A stretch of DNA of 64,000 bases from an uncultured Gammaproteobacteria bacterium. GTDB lineage: Bacteria; Patescibacteriota; Patescibacteriia; Magasanikbacterales; UBA922. A model generated the notes under the pieces. That model searched no databases, was not told the origin of the DNA, and saw only the letters and a list, made by a program, of their open reading frames with translations. A program made the position numbers and the translations under genes. The stretch lies in NCBI GenBank assembly GCA_964522435.1, contig CAZFUL010000001.1:188278-252277 (forward strand), read 5' to 3'. Of the stretch, positions 16,715 through 27,417 are shown in pieces (positions within the stretch are counted from its first letter, which is position 1; each line of letters opens with the position of its first letter).

Positions 16715-17581
16715 TTATAACCGTTCTACCCAATGGGTATCAACGGCGACATCTAATTCTAAAAATACTTTTTGGTTTAATGATTGTTCCAGTTCGCGAC
16801 GAGCCATTTGGCCGATCTCTTTAATTTTTGTTCCACGTGCACCAATAATAATTTTTTTATAGCGTTCTTGGTCTGTTAAAATGCGTGCACGAACAACCAC
16901 GGTTGCAGGTTTATCTTTGGTTGCGGGTTTTTCTTCCACCTCATCCACATCAACCGTAAGAGAATAGGGGACTTCTTTATCTAATACAGAAAATGCTTTT
17001 TCGCGGATAATTTCTCCCAACCAAAAATAATTATCAATATTAGTCATTTGGGCATCATCATACATGGGTTCTCCCTCTGGTAATAATTCCATGACTTTTT
17101 GTTTCAGTGGTTGAATGTGTGCGGCTTTAAGCGCAGAGAGTGGCAGTACCGCATCAAAATCATCAGCCCAGGCTTCGTATTGTTCTTGGTGGGCGCGTTC
17201 GTCTTTGTGTAAATCTGATTTATTGATAACTAAAATTTTTGGTTTATCAATGTGGCGAATCATCCCGTAGACGGCGCGTTCTTCTTGGCCAATTTCTCTA
17301 CTCGGGTCAACAACATAGACAATAACGTCAATATCTTCAAGCGCCTCATGAATTTTTTGGGTCAATTTTCCGGTTAAACTACTGTGTTTATCCTTAAATA
17401 CCCCAGGGGTATCAACAAACACAGCTTGGCCTTCTGGGGTGTTCATGGCGCCATGAATAATGTGGCGAGTTAATTGCGCACGAAAAGAGGTGGCAGCAAT
17501 TTTCGTGCCCACCAGGGTATTTAAAAGGGTAGATTTTCCTACATTTGATCGGCCAACTAAGACCACAAAGCCTGATTTCAT
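16715..17581 (-). CDS. era: GTPase Era
   Basis: 288 aa. P-loop 'GRSNVGKST' and a C-terminal KH domain. Confidence 0.85.
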   Translation of the reverse strand: MKSGFVVLVGRSNVGKSTLLNTLVGTKIAATSFRAQLTRHIIHGAMNTPEGQAVFVDTPGVFKDKHSSLTGKLTQKIHEALEDIDVIVYVVDPSREIGQEERAVYGMIRHIDKPKILVINKSDLHKDERAHQEQYEAWADDFDAVLPLSALKAAHIQPLKQKVMELLPEGEPMYDDAQMTNIDNYFWLGEIIREKAFSVLDKEVPYSLTVDVDEVEEKPATKDKPATVVVRARILTDQERYKKIIIGARGTKIKEIGQMARRELEQSLNQKVFLELDVAVDTHWVERL

Positions 17582-17666
17582 ATGGTGATTGCTCCTTGTT
17601 TATTGTCAAATCAGGGGAAGTATAGTATATTTTGGATAAATAATCAACCCTTCTCGCTCTATTGCT

Positions 17667-18104
17667 ATGAAAGTCATATTTATAAAACATGCTCCTGGAT
17701 CAGGAAAAGTAGGGGAAATAAAGGAAGTGAGTGATGGCTATGCCATGAATTTTTTGATTAAAACAGGTCTAGCGAAGCCCGCAACTGCTCAAGTGATGGC
17801 CACCGAAGCTGCTCGACAGAAGCGAGATGAGAAACAAAAAAAATTACAAGAAAAAGCCCTGAGTTCTGCAAGCAATGCTCTTTCAGGAAAAACGATTCGA
17901 TTTCATAAAGAAACAAATGATCAAGGAACCTTGTATGCAGCGGTAACTGCCAATGACATTGCCAAAGCAATTCAAGAGCAAGTAGGAAAAACGATTCCAG
18001 CGAGCGCAATTAAGCTCAGTACCCCCATTAAACAACAAGGAAGTTATACCGTTTCTGTACGCGTGAAAGGTCTATCTGCCAGCGTTACTATCTTGGTACA
18101 ATAA
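17667..18104 (+). CDS. rplI: 50S ribosomal protein L9
   Basis: 145 aa, '[31 protein letters not shown]'. Confidence 0.85.
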   Translation: MKVIFIKHAPGSGKVGEIKEVSDGYAMNFLIKTGLAKPATAQVMATEAARQKRDEKQKKLQEKALSSASNALSGKTIRFHKETNDQGTLYAAVTANDIAKAIQEQVGKTIPASAIKLSTPIKQQGSYTVSVRVKGLSASVTILVQ

Positions 18105-18107
18105 TAC

Positions 18108-18140
18108 AACACCTCCACTTTCGGGGGTGTTTTTTTATAA
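18108..18140 (+). terminator. intrinsic terminator after rplI
   Basis: 'acacctccactttcgggggtgt' followed by T7. Confidence 0.5.
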
Positions 18141-18238
18141 AACGAGATATGATATACTTGTATCTATACTAAAATCAATCATACACGGTCATCCTGAATT
18201 TGCCTGCTGGTACATTCGGTATGATATATATTTTTTTT

Positions 18239-19873
<1,635 letters not shown>

Positions 19874-19902
19874 TTATTATATTATTTACTCATAATATAC
19901 CT

Positions 19903-21510
19903 ATGTATCAATCATTATTAAAACGAGGAATTGTTGCGTTTGTCCTATTTTTTAGTATTTTATGTATTCCAACTGCACAAGCGGTTGATATTCCTACCTC
20001 TGTATCCTTATCTACGAATAAATTAACACCAGGTTTTGGGTTGCAATTTACTGTGCATGCACAACCGAATATCCGTCAAAATGTAAATCGTAGTGCCGCA
20101 ATGGCTATTCCAACAGATTGGCTTGTGGAAATTGCTAAAAATGACCAATATCCGGCAGGTGTTTGGGGAGTACATCGAGTGTTATTTCCCCTCACCGATA
20201 TGAGCGTTGATAATAATTTGATATATACCATGACTGTTCCAAATGAGGTTGGTTGGTATAAAATGACGATTAAAAATGGGATAGGGGATGAATATGCGTC
20301 AGAAGTGTTTGAAGTATCTCGGGAGCCGTTTGTCACGGTTACACCGCCTCGTTCTTTTGAACAAGGAGAAACCATTCCCTTACGCATATATAGCGCAGCA
20401 GGTGAACCATGGAATATCAACACCTGGGGAAATCAAGCCGGACAATATAATATTGATGTGTATTATTTTGGCAATGGCGGTCCCATTACCCATGCGAAAG
20501 CAGATGGTTCTGTGCAACGACGCGTTGAGCGAGTAGGCGAAGGGGTGTATCATATTCCCGCATCCGCCGTTATTGCTGAATATTATGTGGGGTTAAATAC
20601 GGGTGGATTTACTGATTTGCACAGTACCTCTTTTGATGTTGTTGCGTCATCTGCTCCAGCACCGGTGATTCCTGTGCCAACCATTACCCCTGAACCAGTG
20701 CTGCCACCAGTGCTTGAACCCTATGAATCAGAGGATGAAACCGAAAATAATCCTGTTGACGATACGCCAGCGCCAGCGCAGGTTGTTCCAGAACAAACAA
20801 CAACGCAGAGTCCCACACCAACAGCAACCCAAACAAAAACATTTACTTGTCCATTGGATATTGGGAAAGCCTATAAATCATCACGAAGTAATGCCGTCTA
20901 TTTTGTGGTAGAACCACGGATGAGAAATGGCGCAATAGATACATCTGCAACCCGTTGTACGCGTAGAGCATTTACTACCTCAGCTGGATTTTTTAGCTAT
21001 TTTACCTCTTGGAATGAGGTGATTGTGGATAATCGTATTGATCAAATTACGACCGATGTGTTGGGTTTTATGCCGAAAGGCCCTAAATATGATCCAAAGT
21101 ATGGCGCATTGGTAAAGACCGTGAGTGATCCAAAAGTGTATCTGCTATTAGGCGGGAAGAAATATTGGATTAACTCAGAACAGGTATTTACGCGCTTGCG
21201 GTATTCATGGAATTGGGTAGAAGATGTGTCTGAAGAGTTGTTAGCAAGTTATGACGTAGGTGGGGAAATTGTTGATACAACACGTCATCCAAATTTTACC
21301 TTAGTAAAATATAGTGGTGATAATAAAGTGTATCGATTAGAACCCGATCCAAATGATAGCACTCGTACGGTAAAACGACATATTGCTGATGAATATACCT
21401 TTACTCGTTTAGGATATCGCTGGGATAGAGTCGTGACCATAGACGCTGAAGAACAATATCCTGATGGGACAATGTTACAAGAGCGTCGTGTAATTCGTCT
21501 TGAACCCTAA
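19903..21510 (+). CDS. secreted protein with signal peptide, Pro/Thr-rich linker and repeated C-terminal modules
   Basis: 535 aa. Signal 'FVLFFSILCIPTAQA', linker 'PAPVIPVPTITPEPVLPPVLEP', repeated modules about 60 aa long. Shares a 'SYFTSWNEV' motif with ORF 58703..60217. Confidence 0.5.
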   Translation: MYQSLLKRGIVAFVLFFSILCIPTAQAVDIPTSVSLSTNKLTPGFGLQFTVHAQPNIRQNVNRSAAMAIPTDWLVEIAKNDQYPAGVWGVHRVLFPLTDMSVDNNLIYTMTVPNEVGWYKMTIKNGIGDEYASEVFEVSREPFVTVTPPRSFEQGETIPLRIYSAAGEPWNINTWGNQAGQYNIDVYYFGNGGPITHAKADGSVQRRVERVGEGVYHIPASAVIAEYYVGLNTGGFTDLHSTSFDVVASSAPAPVIPVPTITPEPVLPPVLEPYESEDETENNPVDDTPAPAQVVPEQTTTQSPTPTATQTKTFTCPLDIGKAYKSSRSNAVYFVVEPRMRNGAIDTSATRCTRRAFTTSAGFFSYFTSWNEVIVDNRIDQITTDVLGFMPKGPKYDPKYGALVKTVSDPKVYLLLGGKKYWINSEQVFTRLRYSWNWVEDVSEELLASYDVGGEIVDTTRHPNFTLVKYSGDNKVYRLEPDPNDSTRTVKRHIADEYTFTRLGYRWDRVVTIDAEEQYPDGTMLQERRVIRLEP

Positions 21511-21523
21511 TCGCTTTGAAAAG

Positions 21524-21560
21524 AAAAACCCTGACGTCCTGTACGCAGGGTTTTTTATTT
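21524..21560 (+). terminator. intrinsic terminator
   Basis: 'aaccctgacgtcctgtacgcagggtt' followed by a T-run. Confidence 0.6.
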
Positions 21561-21590
21561 CTTAGTGCTCTATGATATACTAATAGCCAT

Positions 21591-22967
21591 ATGCCGAACA
21601 AAAAATTAGACCTATCACAAAAAAAAGCCTATGTCTTGACCGTTGATATGGGCTATGGACATCAACGTGCTGCCTATCCGTTAAAAGATATTGCGAGCCC
21701 TCCTCCAGAAAGCATTCCCCTTGATGAAAATAATCCAATTATCAGTGCTAATATTTATCCTGGGATTACGAAAATAGATAAAGTGCGTTGGGAAGGAGGA
21801 CGAAATATTTATGAGACTATTTCTCGCATGAAAAAGTTGCCCCTTATCGGACAACCCATATTTAATTTCATGGATTATTTACAACGGATTGAACCGTTTT
21901 ATCCCAAACGAGATTTGTCTAAACCAAGTGCCCAAGTAAAACAAATTTATCGCATGATTGGTCGTGGTTGGGGAAAAGATTTAATTCAAAAATTAAATCA
22001 AGAGCCGTTGCCATTGATCACGACATTTTTTTCTACGGCATTTTTTGCTGAAGAGCATGGCTATAAAGGACCTATCTATTGTTTGTGTACGGATACTGAT
22101 ATTAGTAGAGCCTGGGCGCCGCTTGTTCCTAAAAAAAGTCGTATTCAGTACCTAGCCCCAAATAAACGGGTAAAAGAACGCTTGCAATTATATGGCATTC
22201 CGGAAAAACATATTTTTGTTACGGGCTTTCCTCTTCCCAAAGAAAATATTGGCGCGAATCTTTCTGTGTTAAAAAAAGATCTCGGCGAACGCATTGTGCA
22301 ACTTGATCCGTTGGGAAAATATCAAAAAAAATATCGACATACCATTGATCATGTATTAGGCAAAACAGCAGGTCGCGCAAAAAAAACACGACCACTCACC
22401 ATTACCTTTGCGGTTGGGGGAGCAGGCGCACAACGAGATATTGGTATTCAAATTCTTGATAGTTTACATGCGCATATCGATGCGGGAGCGGTTACCTTGT
22501 ATTTAGTTGCGGGCTCTCGTCAGGATGTGTTTGATTTTTATCAAAAAGAAGTGCATCGTTTGCATCTTGATCAAAAGCACCGTGGGCATGTGCATATTAT
22601 TTTTGATCAAAATAAAGATGTGTATTTTCAAAAATTTAATCAGGCGCTCCGACAAACCGATATCCTATGGACAAAACCGAGTGAGTTATCGTTTTATGCT
22701 GGATTGGGGCTCCCGATTATTATGTCACCCACCATTGGTTCTCAAGAAGACTATAACAAAGCCTGGCTCCATGCCATTGGTGCAGGGTTTGAACAAGAAG
22801 ATGCTCGCTATACGCATGAATGGTTGTTTGATTGGCTTTCGTCTGGTTGGTTGGCAGAAGCGGCAATGAATGGATTTTTAGGTGCGCCGCATAATGGGGC
22901 AGCGCATATAGAAGAAGTCGTGTTGCAAGGAAAACGCAGTGAGATTGAAGATATTCATTTATTGTAA
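21591..22967 (+). CDS. putative glycosyltransferase (MurG/MGDG-synthase-like GT-B fold; tentative)
   Basis: 458 aa. N-terminal 'VDMGYGHQRAAYPL' resembles the G-x-GH-x2-A nucleotide-sugar motif of GT28-type enzymes. C-terminal half is compatible with GT-B. Confidence 0.35.
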   Translation: MPNKKLDLSQKKAYVLTVDMGYGHQRAAYPLKDIASPPPESIPLDENNPIISANIYPGITKIDKVRWEGGRNIYETISRMKKLPLIGQPIFNFMDYLQRIEPFYPKRDLSKPSAQVKQIYRMIGRGWGKDLIQKLNQEPLPLITTFFSTAFFAEEHGYKGPIYCLCTDTDISRAWAPLVPKKSRIQYLAPNKRVKERLQLYGIPEKHIFVTGFPLPKENIGANLSVLKKDLGERIVQLDPLGKYQKKYRHTIDHVLGKTAGRAKKTRPLTITFAVGGAGAQRDIGIQILDSLHAHIDAGAVTLYLVAGSRQDVFDFYQKEVHRLHLDQKHRGHVHIIFDQNKDVYFQKFNQALRQTDILWTKPSELSFYAGLGLPIIMSPTIGSQEDYNKAWLHAIGAGFEQEDARYTHEWLFDWLSSGWLAEAAMNGFLGAPHNGAAHIEEVVLQGKRSEIEDIHLL

Positions 22968-22970
22968 GCT

Positions 22971-23897
22971 ATGTCATTGTTGATTGCGATTATTGGATAT
23001 TTTTTATTAGCGATTGTTGTATTACTTGATAAAAAAATTCTTACGACGGCTGTGGCACAGCCGATTGTATACACGTTTTATTCGACTGTTTTTTTATTAG
23101 GATTATTTTTACTCTTGCCCTTTCATTCTGTACAGATGACGCCCCAAACCGTTATCTATGCGGGGCTTTCTGGTATTAGTTTTGGTTTTGCCTTGTGGAC
23201 CATGTTTGTCGCGATAAAACATGGGGAAGCCAGTCACAGCGGGCCATTTATTGGTGCATTTATTACCTTAGCAAGTTTTATCCTTGGTGCGCTCTTACTT
23301 AATGAACATTTATCATCGGCGCAACAGGTGGGGATAGTTTTTTTGATTATCGCATCACTATTATTATCATTTGAAAAAACAAAAAGAAAACAGAGTTGGT
23401 GGCATACTGGTTATCTTTGGGGAATTATTTCTGGAATACTGTTTGGTCTTTCCCACGTAACGGCAAAAGTGGTGTACGATATGGTTGCTTTTTTGCCTGC
23501 TTTAGTGTGGACAAAAGGAATAACCGGCATGTTCGCCCTGTTTCTTTTGTTGTCACCAACAGTTCGTCGTGCACTTGCCCCACATACGCCAGTGCGCACA
23601 AGACATGAACAAAAAAAAGTAAAAGAGAAAAAAATGAAACATACGCTTTTGGTTGTGGTTAATAAATTGTTTAGTGTTCTTGCCAATGGGTTAATTCAAT
23701 ATGCAATTGCCATTGGTTCTGTTACCTTAGTAACAGCTATTGGGGGAATACAATATGTCTTTTTGTTTTTATTAATTGTGTTATTCTCTAAGTATTATCG
23801 TTCATTTTTTCAAGAATATATGACAAAAAGAGAAATATCTGTTCAAATTGTTGCGTTAGGGTTTGTTATGATTGGTGCAGCCTTATTTGCTTTTTAA
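22971..23897 (+). CDS. polytopic integral membrane protein (about 10 TM segments)
   Basis: 308 aa of alternating hydrophobic segments. No family recognised. Confidence 0.5.
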   Translation: MSLLIAIIGYFLLAIVVLLDKKILTTAVAQPIVYTFYSTVFLLGLFLLLPFHSVQMTPQTVIYAGLSGISFGFALWTMFVAIKHGEASHSGPFIGAFITLASFILGALLLNEHLSSAQQVGIVFLIIASLLLSFEKTKRKQSWWHTGYLWGIISGILFGLSHVTAKVVYDMVAFLPALVWTKGITGMFALFLLLSPTVRRALAPHTPVRTRHEQKKVKEKKMKHTLLVVVNKLFSVLANGLIQYAIAIGSVTLVTAIGGIQYVFLFLLIVLFSKYYRSFFQEYMTKREISVQIVALGFVMIGAALFAF

Positions 23898-23901
23898 TTG
23901 T

Positions 23902-24894
23902 ATGAGAATACTTATATATATCATACTTATTGCCGCCATTCTTTATGGATTGTTATGGCTCTGGAGTGTTCCGCGTTTTCCAGTTCAATATGGTATTAGT
24001 TTTAATCATCATCATGCGAGTAGTTTAGGATTGGATTGGAAAGAAACCTATCGTGCCTTGCTCAGCGACTTACAACCACCCTATGTTCGGGTTGCGGCAA
24101 TGTGGAAAGATGTAGAACCACAAGAAGGGGTCTATGATTTTTCTTTGGTAGATTTTTTACTGGATGAAGCAAAAAAATCTGGCACAAAAGTAACCCTTGT
24201 CGTGGGACAAAAAGCGCCTCGTTGGCCAGAATGTCATGTGCCAGATTGGTACAAACAAAAAACAAGCAGCGAAGAACAACAACGGGCTGTGCTTACGTAT
24301 ATTGAAACTGTCGTGAATCGATATAAAGATCATGAGGCACTCGAGTGGTGGCAGGTAGAAAATGAACCATTTATTCGCTTTGAGTTTGGAGAATGTGACT
24401 CCTTTCATAAAGAATTAGTGGATCAAGAAGTTGCCTTAGTTCGATCGCTCGACCAAAAACACCCTGTTATGATTACTGATAGTGGCGAATTAGGGTTCTG
24501 GTATCGAGCCTCTCGATCGGGTGATGTGTTTGGTACCACCTTATATCGTGTTGTGCAAATACCGTCTGGAAAAATCATAAGCTATGATTGGGTTCCTGCA
24601 GGATTTTATAAACTGAAAGCCTTGGTGTTGGGGATAAAGAGAGAGCAATTTGTTGTCGCAGAATTACAAGCCGAACCGTGGTTTACGACTGGTGATCCGA
24701 CAACCGTTTCTCTTGAAGAACAAGAAAAAACCATGAATCCAGAACGATTACAAAAACATCTTGAGTATGTTGAACATATTGGTACCGGCCGTGCGTATTT
24801 GTGGGGAGTAGAGTGGTGGTATTTTATGAAAGAAAAACGCGGGGATGAGAGATATTGGAAATTGATACAAGAGGTGATTCAAAAAAATACATAA
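23902..24894 (+). CDS. membrane-anchored glycoside-hydrolase-like (TIM-barrel) protein
   Basis: Start at ATG 23902. N-terminal TM; 'WKDVEPQEGVYDFSLVDFLLDEAKKSGTKV' resembles GH-A clan barrels. Confidence 0.4.
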   Translation: MRILIYIILIAAILYGLLWLWSVPRFPVQYGISFNHHHASSLGLDWKETYRALLSDLQPPYVRVAAMWKDVEPQEGVYDFSLVDFLLDEAKKSGTKVTLVVGQKAPRWPECHVPDWYKQKTSSEEQQRAVLTYIETVVNRYKDHEALEWWQVENEPFIRFEFGECDSFHKELVDQEVALVRSLDQKHPVMITDSGELGFWYRASRSGDVFGTTLYRVVQIPSGKIISYDWVPAGFYKLKALVLGIKREQFVVAELQAEPWFTTGDPTTVSLEEQEKTMNPERLQKHLEYVEHIGTGRAYLWGVEWWYFMKEKRGDERYWKLIQEVIQKNT

Positions 24895-24899
24895 AAGAA

Positions 24900-24934
24900 A
24901 AAAGCAGTCCTTACATAAGCACTGCTTTTTTCTT
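24900..24934 (+). terminator. intrinsic terminator
   Basis: 'aagcagtccttacataagcactgctt' followed by T6. Confidence 0.55.
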
Positions 24935-25059
24935 GGGCGGATGCTCACCAGGTATCCGCCGCCGTGTTTTCCTTACCGTTGTATTGCTTCATTCACTATC
25001 AGCCTCCTATGGTGGAAAAGGAGGCTGGATAATATCTATCCACATATCAATAATTTCTA

Positions 25060-25088
25060 TTGACAAATTACTTTTTGTTGGATATAAT
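25060..25088 (+). promoter_or_regulatory. perfect consensus promoter TTGACA-N17-TATAAT for tRNA-Val
   Basis: TTGACA at 25060..25065, a 17-nt spacer, TATAAT at 25083..25088. The tRNA starts at 25107. Confidence 0.6.
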
Positions 25089-25106
25089 TTTTTCACTTTC
25101 TTATAG

Positions 25107-25180
25107 GCACGCCTAGCTCAGTTGGTTAGAGCATCTCGTTTACACCGAGAGGGTCAGGGGTTCGAATCCCTTGGCGTGTA
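25107..25180 (+). tRNA. tRNA-Val (anticodon TAC)
   Basis: Cloverleaf with a 7-bp acceptor stem (G1-U72 wobble), D-arm 'GCTCAGTTGGTTAGAGC', anticodon loop 'TTTACAC', T-arm 'GGTTCGAATCC'. CCA is not encoded. Confidence 0.85.
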
Positions 25181-25327
25181 CGACGAAAAAACCCAGGCAA
25201 TGGTCTGGGTCTCGTTATACGACAAATGACATGTTCGCTACCGGTCATTTGTCGTTAAAACAGAACTGTAATGGTTCTGTTTTTTAGTATAAATTATTTT
25301 TTTATATGTGGTATACTATTTCCTACT

Positions 25328-26521
25328 ATGAAACACCCTACCGTCATCTCACAAGAAGAACCACTCAAACAACATCGTGGTGTTTTTTTTAAACAACTTT
25401 CGTTGTGGCAAGGGGTTGCCTTGCTTGTGAGCGCAACTGTTGGCGCAGGAGTGCTTGGCATTCCCTACGCCGTAGCAAAAGTAGGTGTTATCGTTGGTAT
25501 TGCCTATATCGTTGGATTAGGCCTTTTGGTTATAGGACTTCATTTATTGTTGGGAGAAATTGCTATTCGCACAAAATCACCACTGCAATTAGTAGGATTT
25601 GCTCATACCTATATTGGTAAAAAAGCGGGTTGGCTCATGAGTGCTATATTTTACATTTCATTATTTGGTGCACAACTTATTTACCTTATTGGAGAAGGGG
25701 AATCGCTTCAGGCCTTATTTGGCGGGAGTGCGTGGCAATGGAGTTTAGTCTTTTTTTTCATAAGTAGTGTTGTGATTTTTTTGGGCATGAGGACAATCAA
25801 AACGGTTGAGTTGGTGTTAACGATTGGGCTATTATTAGTGGTTACCTTGATTGGGATATTTAGTGTTCCTCACATCCAGTTTCCCCATATCACGACGATC
25901 CATTTAGGACAATTGTTATTTCCTTATGGGGTTATTTTATTTGCATTTCATGCCGCGAGTGCTATCCCCGAGGTACATACATTATTACGTGATCAGCAAA
26001 AAACATTTAAAAAAACAATTATCATTGCGGGAATCCTGAGTATTTGTTTATATAGCATATTTGCCCTAACGGTTGTTGGTGTTACGGGTGAAGAGACAAC
26101 ACAGATTGCTACTATTGGTCTCGGGAATACGCTTGGTCCGCTTATGCGTATTTGCGGAAATATATTTGCTGCACTCGCAATGGGTACCAGCTATTTGCTT
26201 ATTGCCTTGTCGCTTCGCGATTCTCTTCGTTGGGATAAAAATATACCAACCCTGCCTGCCACAGCTATTGTGGTCGGTATTCCGTTGATTATCTTTTTAC
26301 TGGGCCTACGTGAATTTATTGGTGTTATGGATATTGTTGGCGGGGTATTTATTAGTTTAGAAAGCGTGTTAATCGTGTGGATATATATGAACGCGAAAAA
26401 AAGAGGAGATATTACTCCTGAACAAGGATTTATTCGTCATGTTTGGCCACTCCTGATTATTATTCTTGCGGCCTTTAGTTTTGGTGGTTTGTATTCGGTT
26501 ATCAATACCTTTTTTCTGTAA
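25328..26521 (+). CDS. amino-acid permease (about 11 TM; Trp/Tyr or APC-type transporter family)
   Basis: Start at ATG 25328. 'LWQGVALLVSATVGAGVLGIPYAVAKVG' is typical of amino-acid transporters. Confidence 0.55.
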   Translation: MKHPTVISQEEPLKQHRGVFFKQLSLWQGVALLVSATVGAGVLGIPYAVAKVGVIVGIAYIVGLGLLVIGLHLLLGEIAIRTKSPLQLVGFAHTYIGKKAGWLMSAIFYISLFGAQLIYLIGEGESLQALFGGSAWQWSLVFFFISSVVIFLGMRTIKTVELVLTIGLLLVVTLIGIFSVPHIQFPHITTIHLGQLLFPYGVILFAFHAASAIPEVHTLLRDQQKTFKKTIIIAGILSICLYSIFALTVVGVTGEETTQIATIGLGNTLGPLMRICGNIFAALAMGTSYLLIALSLRDSLRWDKNIPTLPATAIVVGIPLIIFLLGLREFIGVMDIVGGVFISLESVLIVWIYMNAKKRGDITPEQGFIRHVWPLLIIILAAFSFGGLYSVINTFFL

Positions 26522-26607
26522 TAATATTGTTATTGGGACGTCACCTGGGTGATGCCGTTTAGGAGATTGAATAATCACCAAAGTCTTGCTACTATAGACA
26601 ATACTAT

Positions 26608-27411
26608 ATGAGTATTCTTCAAGCAATTATTTTAGGCCTTATTCAAGGAATAACAGAATTTCTCCCGGTATCATCATCAGGGCATCTTATTTTTTTTCCA
26701 CAACTATTTGGTTGGAGTGATCAGGGAATTGCCTTTGATGTCATGGTGCATGTGGGGACGCTTTTTGCTGTGGTCGTGTATTTTAGAAAAAAAATATGGC
26801 AGATAGGGAAATCATTTTTTTCTTCTAAATCAGGACAGACAAAAGAACGATTTTTGGCCTGGGCAATTATCTTGAGTATTATTCCTGCAGGGCTGGTTGG
26901 TTATATGTTGGATACCAATAGCCGCTCTGCCGCTGTGGTCGGTTGGAGTTTAATTATGTGGGGGATTGTGTTAGGCATTGCGGATTGGTATGCAAAAAAC
27001 AAACAAAAACAGGGAAATTCTGGTGTTTCGCTGAATCACGTACATTGGAAACAAGTGGTCATGATGTCAGTTGCGCAAGCGATTGCATTAATTCCAGGAA
27101 CAAGCCGTTCTGGTATTACCATAAGTGCGGGGTTATTTGCTGGAGTATCTAAAACTGCTGCGGCAGAATTTTCATTTTTAATGAGTATCCCCATTATTTT
27201 TTTGGCAGGGGCATTAAAAGCAAAAGAATTGATAACGGTGGGGATAGGGGATACCTCAGTATTGGTATTAGGTATTGGTGCCTTGAGTGCCGCGCTGAGT
27301 GGTTTTGTCGCGATTGCCTTTATGCTGAAATTGTTACAAACACGAGGCTTCTTGCCCTTCGCAATATATCGTGTCATTATAGGCACTATCATTCTTTTGG
27401 TATTAGTTTAG
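26608..27411 (+). CDS. uppP: undecaprenyl-diphosphate phosphatase
   Basis: 267 aa, 'ILGLIQGITEFLPVSSSGHL' BacA signature. Confidence 0.85.
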   Translation: MSILQAIILGLIQGITEFLPVSSSGHLIFFPQLFGWSDQGIAFDVMVHVGTLFAVVVYFRKKIWQIGKSFFSSKSGQTKERFLAWAIILSIIPAGLVGYMLDTNSRSAAVVGWSLIMWGIVLGIADWYAKNKQKQGNSGVSLNHVHWKQVVMMSVAQAIALIPGTSRSGITISAGLFAGVSKTAAAEFSFLMSIPIIFLAGALKAKELITVGIGDTSVLVLGIGALSAALSGFVAIAFMLKLLQTRGFLPFAIYRVIIGTIILLVLV

Positions 27412-27417
27412 CGGTGT

